64,000 nt of DNA, taken from Octopus vulgaris. Its lineage: Eukaryota. The position numbers and the translations under genes were made by a program. Location of the stretch: assembly GCA_951406725.2 (NCBI GenBank), contig OX597832.1, positions 32,240,001 through 32,304,000 on the forward strand, given 5' to 3'. The notes under the pieces were generated by a model that worked only from the letters and a program-made list of their open reading frames with translations, was not told the origin of the DNA and ran no database searches. The first letter of the stretch is position 1, and every line of letters starts with the position of its first letter. Below, piece after piece: positions 13,011 to 27,060 of this stretch.

Positions 13011-13446
13011 TTCTCCACGTTGTGTCATTTCAACTCACCTTTTATCTAAAAGAACTGATACAGGATGAACATAGAAAAGGGTGTGTCTCAGCTCTAGGGT
13101 GGAACCATTGTTTATAGAAGCATATAATTCCGGAGATACGAACGGAAATGAATTCTTTTACCATTTAGAAGAGAAATTTTGGAAGAACGGAGTATTTCCT
13201 ATTTGTGAATATAAATCATTCATAAATTCATTAAATTTAATCCTCGATTCTTATTTCTTAATTATTTTGGAGATTTAAAACGATGTGATTTATTTGATTT
13301 TAATAACAAATTTTCAGACTTTTCCCATAATTCCAAATGCCATTCCTCGTAGACTTTCAGAAGTAATTTTTATCATGTTTCACACTGCCAAGGCTATTAG
13401 AGTCACGTTTAATATACCCGTATTTTTCAATGCAAAACTATGTCTA

Positions 13447-13449
<3 letters not shown>

Positions 13450-13512
<63 letters not shown>

Positions 13513-13664
13513 TGTGTGTATATGTGTGTGTATGTGTGTGTGTGTGTATTTATACTCATTGCTATCTGTGTATATTATATGTTTATTACTGACTGTGTGT
13601 ATATGCATCTCGTTTTTGGTATGTGTGTACTAATGATCTGTGTGTGCCTTTGAGTGTGTGTTTG

Positions 13665-13719
<55 letters not shown>

Positions 13720-13720
13720 A
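13450..13720. repeat. (TG)n microsatellites
   Basis: Direct reading. Confidence 0.9.
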
Positions 13721-15194
13721 GTATTAGGTATGTATATATTCATTGGTGTACATATATTTATGTTTATTACTTTCATCTCACAGAAAGTCTGTAATTCTAT
13801 ATTTATTACGTGTATGCATATAGACAAGCATACATACATACATACATAACTACATATACGCACATATATACATAAATAAATACAGAGGTATATATATATA
13901 TGGATATAGGTATATACAGATACATCTGTGTATGCGTCTCCCTCTATATACAAACATACATATACATACACATGCATACAAACACACTCAGACACACGCA
14001 CACACATATATAATACTAATGGTTACTAGGGTGGGGTGGGTAGATGGTCGTTCAGTTTTTTTGGCAGTATTTCACATTTTACTGTAGAAGTAAGTAAACC
14101 AAAATTGGTAAGTGGAAATTGATCTGGGCTGTGTACGTTTATAGGAGGTTAATGAACTTAAACTTGCTGTTGTCGGCATATATATATAATGTATACAGAC
14201 AAGTAAAGTCCAAAACTACTTCACACTTTTACGCCATTTTTTCGTTCCTTATTCGGAATGGATCTGATGTCTCTGTAGTATCAATAGTTGCTAGGGTATT
14301 TATTATTTAATATTTCAATTCATATGTCTGTACGCTCCCATAAATATAGACTTCCTTTCTTTCTTTTTTTTTTGCAATACATTATTCCGTTGCTGTGATT
14401 ATTTGGCTTCAGATCAGGTTTTTCAACATATAATTCAACGTGTCTAAAATAGTTTATATATATTTTTGTCCAGCCTCTGTACATGTGTATATATTGAGGA
14501 CATATTTTCTTTTCAATCGCGTAATACAGAAAAAAACTCTGCTGTACAAAAGCAACATATTTTTTATGAAAGGTTTTTCCATATTTCCTTAATGAGTTCC
14601 AATGTTTTCCGTGGAACAATAAATTTACAAGTGCGCTGATATTATTTTAACTCATTCCTGGTTGTATTTTCTGTTTCAGCTGGTTATTAAGAGAATATTT
14701 TTTATTGGTGTTTTATTGCAAGCAATAATTATGTTCATGGAAGTCTGCTGATGATAATGTCGATATAATCAAACATGAGACACTCTTACCATTCTCATTA
14801 GGTTTCTTTCAGCAATTAGTAACTTTTCTTCAGTTCATTACCAAACTGCACTCACACAATTAATATTTGCGTCGTTATGTTTCTATGTTTAGAGCTTTTT
14901 GCACTAACATTTTCTTTTGTTTTGACTTTCATTACGGTCTTATTTTTATCAGATACTTTGATTCGACAAATATTTTATTATCAAATGAATTATATAAGTT
15001 TTAATAAGTTCTTAAACCGTGGGGAGAAAAAGAATGTTAACTTTCATGAATGTTCTTTGACTGAGAGAAAATAAAAATTTCAAGTGAAATCTTTTCATTC
15101 AGACACAAGTTTCGTTTGGTCAGAATCAAAATGGCAGATCTTACTTCTCTCTATCGAAATAGAAATGGCACAAAGTGTTACTGACTCAGAACCA

Positions 15195-15570
15195 ACACCT
15201 CCATCGTCACGACTATTATAGCAACAGACCCCCCCACAGCAACAACGGCAACGACGACGACCACCACCACAACAACAACAACGAAAACAACCACTACCAC
15301 CGCCACTACAACCATTAGAGCGACAATCACCATTAACATCACCAACACCACCAACAGCAACAACAAGAAGAGCAAGAACGAAAATAACCACAAAAACAAC
15401 AGCCACGCCACAACTACTACCACAGTAACCAACACCACCACCACAATCACCGTCACCAAAAATAGCACTGCAATCACCATCACCACTACCACCACGACCT
15501 CTACCTCTACCACCACTCACACCAACATACTTAAACCACAACTATCACCATCAGCAACACAACCACCATT
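15195..15570. repeat. Degenerate (CAC/CAA)n tract
   Basis: Direct reading. Confidence 0.85.
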
Positions 15571-15829
15571 TTCGTTGGATTCATTTCGTTCGTATTTATT
15601 TTCTTGCTTTTTTTGGGTTTTCATTACGTTTGTGTTCTATAACATGTAAGGCAATGTAGTAAATGTTAGGTCAACAGACGTGAAACTGGAAGAACTATTT
15701 GTGTTGTATAAGAATTCTTGTCACGAAATTTACAACTTGACTTTACGTAAAAATGCTGTTAAAACTGACGTAAAACTGTTGAATGAAACGGACGTGATGG
15801 AACAAGTACAAAGCAATTTGGTTTGCCTC

Positions 15830-15896
<67 letters not shown>

Positions 15897-15948
15897 GTTG
15901 TTGTTGTTGTTGTTATCGCTGTTGTTGTTGTTATTATTGCTGTTGTTA
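15830..15948. repeat. (TAT)n(TGT)n microsatellite
   Basis: Direct reading. Confidence 0.95.
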
Positions 15949-15989
15949 ATATTGGAATTTTGCTAGTAGCAGCAAAAGATTAGGCATTG

Positions 15990-16625
15990 AGGACTAATTG
16001 GATAAAACGTGGTAGATTTCTACTGTAGATTATGTTAGTGAATGCAGTGTGCTGCCACAGAAAGAATACACGAAAAGACATGATGACATCGGCAAAATAA
16101 TTCATTGCACGTCATGTAGAAAGCGAGGACTTGATCATACTCATAAGCGGTTATGAACAGGCTCCTAGGAAAGTGCCAGAAAGCAAGAAATATACGATTT
16201 TGTGGTATTTTAATAATCAGACTGACTGAGTAATGAAATCTCTAAGGCGTGATATAGTAGTAGTAGATAAAGAGACTAGAATGTGCCATCTAATTGACTT
16301 TACAGTCCCAAATGATGAGAAATTCAATATGTGAAGTAAAGAGAAAAATCAAAGTGTTAAGATTTAGCCTTGAAGTAAAAGAGACTGTGAAAAGTACGAG
16401 TAAAATGTAGCCTAGTGGTTATATGTGTATTAGGAATTATCATTGAAAACATGACCACACGGATAGAGGAATAAGGCATAAAATCTAGGTTAGTGCGGCT
16501 CCAGAAAATAGCAATTTTCGGGACAACAAAGATACTTAGGGCGGTGGTTGGCATCTAAAGTTACTTATTGTAACTCGGTGTTAGGAAATTTTCTTTTACA
16601 TTACTCTAAACAGTTGCACGTATAT
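15990..16625 (+). mobile_element. R4/Dong-clade 3' fragment (endonuclease domain), heavily degenerate
   Basis: YVSECSVLPQKEYTKRHDDIGKIIH; TILW.F.NQTD..RRDIVVVDK..CHLIDFTVP; LQKIAIFGTTKILR. Confidence 0.8.
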
Positions 16626-16679
16626 GAAAGGAGAATAGAAATTGGTTCAGTTGTCAGTATTGTGTTGAAGTAAAAAAAA

Positions 16680-17080
16680 TGCAATGGAGTCGTTGGTAAA
16701 AGGTGGGAAGAAATTCGGCGTCATCAAAATTGATAATTGTCTCAAAGAAGAAAGTTAAAGAGAACAAGATTACATGAGATGAAATAGCATGGAAAGGGGT
16801 AAAGCTGTAGGGTGAGTTTGCAAGAGATAGGAGCTTCAAGACAGATAGAGAAGGCCGGTGGTTATGGATGCGAAGAAGTGACCCGAAGATAGAAGCAGAA
16901 GCACTTGTATGCGCAGCACAAGAAGAACCATTGAGGATGAAGTAATGTGAAGTGCAGTATTGGCAACAGAACTGAGATAAATAGAGAATGTGTGGTGGGG
17001 GGGAGGGTGAAAAACTATCAGACATTGTTAGTGAATGCCTGAAATAGGTACAAGGCGAATACAAAAGAGGACATGATACC
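16680..17080 (+). mobile_element. R4/Dong-clade fragment (region preceding and including the zinc knuckle)
   Basis: RWLWMRRSDPKIEAEALVCAAQEEPLR; RMCG; IVSEC.K..QGEYKR.HD. Confidence 0.75.
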
Positions 17081-17226
17081 ACTACTCAACTGGTACTTCT
17101 TTTATTCGACCCCGTAAGGATGAAGTGCAAAGTCGGCATCGGCGACATTTGATCTCAGAATGTAAAGACGATATACCGCAAAGCATTTTATCCGGTATGC
17201 GAACGATTCCGCCTAATCACCGCCTT
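17081..17226 (-). mobile_element. SINE family A, degenerate
   Basis: ctggtactt...cgaccccgtaaggatgaagtgcaaagtcggc...caccgcctt. Confidence 0.7.
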
Positions 17227-17239
17227 GATTATAATAATA

Positions 17240-17760
17240 TTTCAAACAATCAATTTTGTTAAAAACTTTTGCATCAAACATCATATCTTTCCAATCGGGC
17301 CTCGTACAACACTGCCGCCCTTTCTGACAATTCTTCATATACAGATTGCTTTCCTCTTCTTTCTGACATGTATTCTCCATTCAAATTTCTGTTTACTGTC
17401 TCGTTCTTCAGTTCTTCTCGCATTATTCTATTCAATTGCCCCTGTTCTTTCCGTCTCTTTCCCAAAATTTTTTTGTATTTTCTTCCTCCATTTCGGTTCT
17501 TTCTTTTCAGTTTCCTCCTTTTCTTCAACAGTCTTCCGCTTGTATCCAATCATGCCAGCTACAAATTATTCAACAGCAATGATTGTTTTATTAATGCTCC
17601 CTGTTTTAATCAAGCTCAAAACACCGTTCACACTGCCTGCGGCTCTCCTTGCTTTTTCTCGGAGTTTGATAAGACACTCTTTGCGTTCCGTGTGCGACAC
17701 TTTCCCTGTCAACAATTTGATGTCACTCATTTTGAGATAGTATTTGCATAATTGTGCAAT
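17240..17760 (-). mobile_element. Probable R4/Dong-clade N-terminal ORF fragment
   Basis: KEPKWRKKIQKIL..RKEQGQL...YEELSERAA..ARLERYD...QN.LF resembles the P.W.RR...EELKQ...L.RY...QN..F region upstream of the RT in R4/Dong proteins (recalled motif). Confidence 0.55.
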
Positions 17761-18660
17761 CACCAGTGACACCATGACCAAGAGTGTTGCCAACCAAGTC
17801 TCAGAGAGTCCACACCTACCCTCATATACATTGCTTAGTAACCGTTGATTCCCCTGATTTCATCCGTCCTTTCACAAGTTTTGTTTTTCTTGGTACAGGG
17901 TGTCCAGCTGCCATCCGCCTCACCAAGCACGCTCGGTGGGTTGGCCAGTTTAGTCGCCGTCAACCCAAACATTAGTATGTTTATTTTAAACCCAATTACA
18001 GTATACACTCCCCAACACCGGAAGCTCCCCCAAACCAACGCAGCGAGACAAGTACAAAATATACAATTGGATTCCTCTTACCATTTCTCATTAACATTAT
18101 TTCGTTTAACACATTTACCTTAAAATTGTTTATCAACATTATTATTAATCTAGTTATAACAATTATAATTACCATCCACACTACTACAACTACTACCACT
18201 GTCGTTATCATTATTTTTTACTAATACACCCACTTTAACTGTCGCTACCCATTTCATAATTACTAACATTATTTTGTCACAATGTTTACCAAAATCTTTA
18301 TAAAGATTTCCGGTATCAGTGGCAGGAGTTGAATTGCCGAAACGCGAATTTAGTTTTCAACGTTGTTGGTGTAAGACATAATAGAAATCATTAGAGATGT
18401 GTCGAGAAGAAGAAAACAAATTTGAAAAAAAAACATATCTATATTATTATTCTACAAGTAAAAGAAGTAAACGAATGAGTTTTAGCCAGCCTTGAAATTC
18501 CTGCTTACGACTCCATCGGAACAAGACTTCCAACGTTGATGAAGAAACGAAAATTGTAGGCAAAGAAGACTTCAATGTTGCAGATATAAGTAAAACTAAA
18601 CAAAATATTTAAGCTATCATCGAAATTATTATGGTTATGATTAATATTATTATTATTATT

Positions 18661-18806
18661 GAGTGAGAGAGCAGTGCATGCCATCAAAGTGACACTGGGG
18701 TAAAATATATGAAGCCCAGTATACCCATCATGACTAACCGTCTGATAAGGGTATACTAGGCACATGCAGGGTATACTAGGCACATGCAAGGTATACTAGG
18801 CACATG

Positions 18807-18808
<2 letters not shown>
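18661..18808 (-). mobile_element. Short 3' end of a non-LTR element embedded in (TAA)n
   Basis: About 150 bp of non-microsatellite sequence with ATT repeats on both sides. The minus strand ends ...gctctctcactc(aat)n. A 20-bp triplication lies at the other end. Confidence 0.55.
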
Positions 18809-18869
<61 letters not shown>

Positions 18870-19010
18870 AATAAATATTATTATTATTATTGTTGTTGTT
18901 GTTGTTGTTGTTTTTGTTGATGAAAATGGCAATGATGATGATGATGCAGATGTTGCTGTTATTGTTGATGATGATGATGATGATGATGATGATGCTGATG
19001 ATGTTGATTA
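18809..19010. repeat. (ATT)/(GTT)/(GAT) compound microsatellite
   Basis: Direct reading. Confidence 0.9.
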
Positions 19011-19764
19011 TGCTATTTCTTTTCTTCTCAATAGCTTCAGGTCTGTGATATGCAGTTAATTAACAGACGTCAAAAAGACCCAGGTTTTTTTTCTTATATA
19101 TATATCATTCATACTATTTCTGTTATATTATTCTCGTATAATGACGTTTTCATCAGTTCAATAGCTAACATGTAATTTGTGTGATTATTAATTAATATAA
19201 ATATATATACATACATAATGTAATTAATTTTTTGCGAGAAATGAAGTTGTTGGGTATAAGTTTATAACGGATCAGGTTCATTGCGTCTCCAGTGACGAGG
19301 GTGGCGGCGGGGTTGGCTTTCGGTGCTTCGCAGGAATTTCTTGAGACATGTTTTGGAAAAATATTCTGAAAGTTGTAGATATTTGTCGCTGACGCAAGAG
19401 TGCTCACACAAGCACACGCACACACATGCATACACACACTTACATACATAAATAGATTCATACTTACATATCTTTGACTTGTGTCAACCTCATCAGACTG
19501 CAGCTAGTTTTAGTTGAACGAACTGACTCAGGTTTTTATTTCTGTAAACCTCATACTGGTTCGAATGATCTCTTTTGCCAAGACACTAAACTGTGAGGCG
19601 TAAACTCGCCGACGGTGGCTGCCTAGCCGTGGTGGGGAGGAAACACAAACGCAACGAGCCACAGACACACACATACAATGACACACATAGACATACACAC
19701 GCACGCACCTACACACACACACACACTTACATACATACATACATGCATGCACACACATATATGC

Positions 19765-20150
19765 TTCGAAGCGTTCCTTTTCAAATCTGGGGTGCGATGT
19801 CCATGAATAATGGTCGAATACCAGAAACGTTTCTGGTCAGCTCGCGAATTCACGATGAAATGTTGCCCAGCCGCTTCTATGTCATAAGGATAACCTCAAA
19901 GATAATGCGAATTGCATGAATATTTGGAAAGAAAATTTTGAGAAACTTGCAAACACTGTATAAATTGGAGAAGCGAGTAATGGGTTTCAGCTTGAAGACT
20001 TCGGAACTGAAAGGGGACTTAATGAGGAACAGTTAGGTCATAATACGAAAAGAAATGGACAGAACAACAGTCTTTCCCGCAAGCCACCATTATCCAGACT
20101 AAGTTCACAGCTAGATCACGTGCTGGTTTGATAAGTCAAGCTCATGCTGA
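19765..20150 (+). mobile_element. RTE-clade LINE 3' fragment, degenerate
   Basis: MNNGRIPETFL; QPLLCHKDNLKDN; FEKLA..WR; FTARSRAGLIS match the RTE C-terminal M...RIPK / RP.LRYKD / SR.GL.SH motifs. Confidence 0.6.
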
Positions 20151-20487
20151 TATCCCTATTGGTTTCGGTGACCTGACGACTCACCTGAGGAATCGCCAGG
20201 TGAAGTAAACGAATTGGAAACTTTACTGAATACTAGCAATAGGGATATGGATGTGCTACTGATTGTCAATTCGGTTGGATTCTTTTTTGTGTTCACGGGG
20301 GGAACTCGTTCGTTGTCTTCGATTAATAAAGAATTATTACTATCGCTATTGTGTCTATGTATATTCATGTATGTCTGTGTAGTAAATAAGTATGTACGTC
20401 TTGGAGACTGTCAGGATGATGTAAACGCCTCTGATAAAAACCCAATAGAGTTCGGAAATCGATTAAGATTGCTCATCATTTAAAAAA

Positions 20488-20712
20488 GGCGGCGAGCTGG
20501 CAGAGACGTTAGCACGCCGGATGAAATGCGTAGCCGTATTTCGTCTGCCGTTACGTTCTGAGTTCAAATTCCGCCGAGGTCGACTTTGCCTTTCATCCTT
20601 TCGGGGTCGATAAGTTAAGTACCAGTTACGCACTGGGGTTGATGCAATCGACTTAATTCGTTTGTCTGTCTTGGTCCCCTCTGCGTTTAGCCCCTTGTGG
20701 GTAGTAAACAAA
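20488..20712 (+). mobile_element. tRNA-derived SINE family A, full length
   Basis: ggcggcgagctggcagagacgttagc (A box) and gagttcaaattcc (B box). Similar to many other copies in the window. Confidence 0.92.
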
Positions 20713-21547
20713 TATATAAGTATGTACGTCTGTGTAATATATATGTATTTATAAGTGTGTAGTAGATATGTATGTTTGTATGTATGCACACTCACTCACA
20801 TATACGCATATATGAATATCTGCATACCTTTATTTGGGCGTGTAGATATATATATATATATATATATACCTATACATGTGTACATGTATATATCTATATT
20901 TATTTCCACAATCATAGGCACACACACACACACACACACACGCGCGCGCGCGCATACAGAGAGAATATTTACCGTTCAGAACAATTCCTTTCCGAGGCAA
21001 TTAATGATAAGGACATTTAATAATCAAAGATATTCTATACATTCTAGGAGAAATGTTACTTTACATCTCATATATTTTAAATTGCAATGAATATCTCGTA
21101 TTTACAACGACATTTGCTGTATCACCTATGAAGAGACACACATCGCACGCACACTCACAATCACACGCATACACACACATACACACACACATACACACAC
21201 ACACATATGTGTTATGCCATATACTAAAACATTGATATTTCATAATAGCTTAAGTCTTTATTTTGTCATAAAAGAATGTATGAGGTTTCCCACATTATAC
21301 TATAACATATATAGTATGTGTCATATCATTGTATAGATAATTTGAAAACTTATATCGCTTCTATGTGATTTTCGATGTTGTAGATTTAAATCAGATCTTC
21401 TGAGGCCTCAACACTAAATTCAATAGATAACTGTCGTAGGGTTGTCAACACACGCACAGACACACAAACACATAACAGCGCGCGCACATATATATTAGGC
21501 ATATACATAGATATATAGTATATATAAACATATATATATATATATAT

Positions 21548-21590
<43 letters not shown>

Positions 21591-21608
21591 TATATATGTG
21601 GCTGTATT

Positions 21609-21784
21609 AGGCACAGAAGTGGCTGTGTGGTAAGTAGCTTGCTTACCAACCACATGGTTCCGGGTTCATTCCCACTGTGTGGCACCTTGGGCAAGTGTCT
21701 TCTACTATAGACTCGGGCCGACCAAAGCCTTGGGAGTGGATTTGGTAGACGGAAACTAAAAGAAGCCCGTCGTATATATGTATG

Positions 21785-21837
<53 letters not shown>

Positions 21838-21972
21838 ACGTTTGTGTGTCTTTGTCCCCCAACATCGCTTGACAACAGATGGTGGTGCGATCGTGGGGTC
21901 GATTTGCTCGACTAAAGGCCGTGCTCCAGCATGGGCGCAGTCTAATGACTGAAACAAGTAAAAGAGTAAAAG
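21609..21972 (+). mobile_element. tRNA-derived SINE family B (CORE-like ccttgggcaagt segment, internal TA/TG tract)
   Basis: tggctgtgtggtaag (A box), gggttcattccc (B box), gcaccttgggcaagtgtctt, tail gactgaaacaagtaaaag. Confidence 0.88.
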
Positions 21973-22349
21973 TGTTTGTATATATATTTACAAGGCCAGG
22001 CAACTGCATCGGATGCTATTCCCGCTCTGTATAAACTACAGGTGTGAAATAATTTGTATCATTCTTATTAGAATCATTACCCCCGTGTCCACATCATGTG
22101 ACATGTTTAATAGTCATACAACGTTCAACAAGAGAAATAAATGGTTTGTCATAGTACGTAGTTCCTTTAAGAACGTCAGCTTCAATAGCGAATTCTTTGA
22201 TCATAGCATGTAGCTATTACGTTTAACAGACAACGAAGAAGTTCAGAAGTTTTCGCGGAGTAGGTTAGAACAGACGTTCGTAGAAGTTAGATGGGCAGAC
22301 ACGTATGTAGATACATAGCTACGGCGAAGGATATACATGTATAAAGACT

Positions 22350-22418
<69 letters not shown>

Positions 22419-23159
22419 CACACGCACATAGATATGTGCACATGTGGTAATTCTCCATGCCTGTACCAAGCAAATTTGTCGATAGACCTCATCATATATA
22501 TATATATATATATGTATATAACTATAATGTCCTAATAATAAATTAATATTTATTTACCTCCCGGGATTACGGCACTTTCACAAACTCATTCATGTAGTCC
22601 ATAAATTCCACCTTCGATGAAAATATGTGTGCATATTTGCATTGAAATGTGTATGCTCACCATTTTAGAATGCCATTGTATATTGACAAATTCCTGCACA
22701 TGAAGAATGCTAGCCAATCAGATCACTGTAAAATCATTGTTAGATCAATAATTCGGCCATAATATTCAGGTGATATTATGATCCGGCTCTCTTTGTCTAC
22801 ATTAATTTGTGAATATACCATTGCTGAGCATACATATGAATGCAAAGGGACGCATCATTTTTTCAATACCGAAATTATTACTATATGAAGTGGGAGGTGA
22901 GAAACGGATGTACTCCTACGGAAATCGCATGGTTACATAAATGTATATTCACTTCACACAGCTCCTAATTGCATGATTTTATATACTCGTCCGCATGGAA
23001 TGATTTCACCGATAAGATTTTCTGGATTTTCAGTTCCGTGTAATCTACATTATAGTTCTTTGTAATTAATTATTCAGTGATAGCCGTGTCCTTAAGAGAT
23101 TATTTCTGTACAAGCCGCACGACTCTCGAAATCCATAAATTATACTACTCATATATATA

Positions 23160-23603
<444 letters not shown>

Positions 23604-24479
23604 GTATATATTACTCTACCTCCAGTATTCGAATACGATTTTTCCCACATTGATTTATATTTATGTGCTTACTCTGGTATACATATATATATACATATAT
23701 ATATGTGTGTATGTATGTGTGCGTATGTGTGTGTGTTTTTGTCTGTGTCTGTCTGTATGTAGGTGAGTCAGCTTATGTAATCAAGTTTTTAGATAAACAA
23801 ATATCAGTCAGGACTCTTTAGACCTTATCATTTCAACGAAAACAATTTATACACCTGTAGTTTGAAAAATAATCGCAGGTATAACATCTTTTTTTCTTCT
23901 TGTCCTTACGGCAAGATGTTTACTGCATTATGGGAGGCGCATCTGCCATGCAGGTTCTTTCATCACCAGTCCCTCGGGACTGATACTTACGGATCAGCTA
24001 ATGTCGTAGCTTTAGTCAATGGCGGCGTTCGTGTAGACATTATTTTCCTTAAAGATTGTACTTCCGACAGTTTACTTTCAACTTTCCCAAAATAGCTAAA
24101 TTAAACCATTAGTCGTGTCTCATAAACCAGTTTTCCATGGTGTATAATAAAGAGTACAGCATCGCCTCCTCCTACCGAAAAGGATGCTGGTCCAGCACAG
24201 AGTTAACTCCCAAGCTATTACGGGCTGTAATTTACAGTTGAATGAACTGGAATAACATGAAATGGCACTACGCGATCTAGAAGTCGGAATTGAGATCTTA
24301 CGCTCGTTAGAGCATGTCTCTCTCCACTGACCCATGCGACCTCAAGTTCAACACTTAAAACAAACAGTATTTAAGTTCGCAACTCTTCTTGCTACCATTT
24401 TCCAGGGATGAGATGCTTCGAAGAATTCATCTTCTTAACCATTACTTTGCAACGTGATCACGAAGGAAACATGTCTTTT

Positions 24480-24749
24480 ACGTTTCAGCGCATAATTGCT
24501 CCAGTCATTTGACTGCGGCCAAGTTGCAGCACCGCCTTGAAGGACTTTAGTCGAATGAATTGAGACAAGTACTTATTTATTCTATCGGTGATTCTGGCCG
24601 AATTGCTAAACTTTGGTGACCTACAAAAAACCAACATCGATTGTCAATCGATTGGGGTGTTGGGTGGGGAGGGAAGATAGTCACGAAGACGCAGGCATGT
24701 ATATATATGTGTGTGTGTATATGTGTGTCAGTGTGTGCGTGCGTGTGTA

Positions 24750-24787
<38 letters not shown>

Positions 24788-25050
24788 ACCCATCTAGATA
24801 CACACATACATACACACACATACATACACGCACACACATACACACATATATATATATATACATATATATATATACATATATACACGAAAAGATTCTATCA
24901 GTTTCCGTGTACCAAATTCATTGAGAGCGCTTTGGTCCGCCCGAAGATATATTAGAAGACACCTGTCCAAGATACCACGCAGCGGGATCGAACCCAGAAC
25001 CACGTGGTTTGGATGCAAACTTCTTACTACAGAGCCACGTCTGCTCCCAT
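24480..25050 (-). mobile_element. SINE family B with expanded internal microsatellite
   Basis: Tail cagtcatttgactgcggcc and head gggatcgaacccagaaccacgtgg...ttcttactacagagccacg. Confidence 0.8.
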
Positions 25051-26849
25051 ATACAAGCCTTCCCTCCCCACTCCACGATAAACAGTTAGATTTCCGTTTA
25101 AATATTTCGAGGACATTTGTGAAAATAGCAAAAGAAATGAAAAAGAAATCAGTTATGAAAAGAAAAATGAATTTTCTTCATTAAATAATGTTTGACACAA
25201 ACTGAAAATAAATTCTAATCGGGAATGGAAAGAAAGCAACGACACAAAGTTGACACACACTATAATGACGAAAAGGATGGTGATGATGATGATGACGATA
25301 CTGATTGCAATAATAATACTAATGATGATGCTGAAGATGATGATGCTGACGATGATGATGCTGACGATGATTAATGTTAATACAAGTAATATAGCTAATC
25401 ACAGTATTAATAAGAGTAACAAAAGATTTATTTTCACCCAAAAGGGTTTTCGAAGCCGAGAACGTCACGATGACAATTTTTTTCTTTAAATTAAGAAAAG
25501 CTAAAAGCGAAAACAAGCAGAAGAAAGTTAAACAAAATTTGACGGTATTCCTCGAGCAAATACAGCGAGAAACGACTATGCACAACTCAAAAGGATAATA
25601 ACTTTAAGAAAATCACTAGCATAAAACACGATGGAAATATCTCTCAAAGAATTTGATACATTAATTAGTAATACACCTTTGCCAAAATTGCAACTGAAGA
25701 CTTAGAAACGCGGTAAATAAATCAATGTTCAATTAAGATTCCTTTTACGTGTTGTTTCGGAATCGTTTGTCGCTCTAAGTTATTATTATTTAATGAAGTG
25801 AGTCTTTTCTTAACTGTTTTCCGAATGCTTCCAATGCTTTTTTCTTATTCTGTGTTCAGCAAAGTTGCCAGCTCACGTTCTTCAACAAGAAGCCACATAA
25901 GATGTTTGACGTAACATCCTTCTTAATTTGTGACTTGTTGATGAATAAGAATTGTGAATGGTTTCTGCTGGAACATAATTCTGTTGTTGATCGGTGGCGG
26001 AGAAGGAGTTGCAAACGATCATGGAAGGTGTGTATGTGCACATGTAATTCAACTAGAGAAAGTGAGGAAGCCAGATGAGGTGATAAGACTAACAGACACT
26101 TTGGTCTCTCTTGTGTTCTCTGGTTCGTATTACGTCAGCAAAAAAGGTTTCCGTCTTCTCCTGGAATTGTTTCACATGCGAAATATAATTAATTTTTTAA
26201 ATGTCTAAATGTATATAATTGTTAAGAGACATCTATGTATTGAATTTAATAAAAATTCAGCGTTCAATCTAAATTTGCTGCGCTATTCGTCTAGACCTAA
26301 TATGTTCTATTCTATGGACTTGGTATATTTAAAAACACAATGTACACAGAGGAAGGAGACGAAACCGAACCATCAGCGGCTTGTAACAATACCAGATTCA
26401 TTTCAGCATCGCCGGGAGTATCCAATATTAAAGAACATGCTTAAAGTAAATGTGTCACCCTCGATATATAGAAGAACAGTAAACAGAACCTTTAATGGTA
26501 TTGCCAATAGATGCCTGGTGAAAAAGAACATCACTAATATTTCATTTGCTATTCTCCTGCATAATGGTGGCGACGGCCTTCATCTTAGCGCGATGTTGGC
26601 TGTAAAGTCACACGCTGGACAAGGTCTAGCGAGGCACAATTGCTTCTGACTTTCTCACTCGGCATTGAGGGACGGCTTGAGTTGATTATTTCACAAGCTT
26701 CGAAACGATGAGAAACACTCTCTATTTTACTGACACCAGAAATCGGTTTGTAATAAGGCGTAACTGAAGGCCGTATTAGACGTTGTCCAATACACTCTCA
26801 AAGTGTACCAATTTATCACCCTCATTTATCGCTCACTCAGATAATATTG

Positions 26850-27060
26850 ATTTCAAATTTTGTCACAAGGCCTCCAAGTTCGTGTAAAGGGCTAAGTCGA
26901 TATCATCAAGCCTAATATTCTATTGGTTCTTATTTAATCGGCCCCAAAAGGATGAAAGGCATAAATCAAACTTGACGAAATTTGAACTCAAAAAGTAATG
27001 ATGGTCAAAATGCCGCTAATTCTTTTTCTTTGGTGTGCTAATGAGTCTGCAAGTTTGCCA
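26850..27060 (-). mobile_element. SINE family A, degenerate
   Basis: ccccaaaaggatgaaaggc...aatttgaactc...aaatgccgctaa. Confidence 0.65.

Noticed and set aside
14742-14782. Hammerhead-like ctgatga...caaacatg (similar traces near 3520-3560, 19460-19500, 20436-20470, 30872-30905)
   Set aside because: Each lacks an intact GAAA or CUGANGA core or pairing stems; too degenerate to call.
26209-26649. 146-aa non-repetitive ORF
   Set aside because: No recognisable motifs, splice context or codon signal; compatible with chance.
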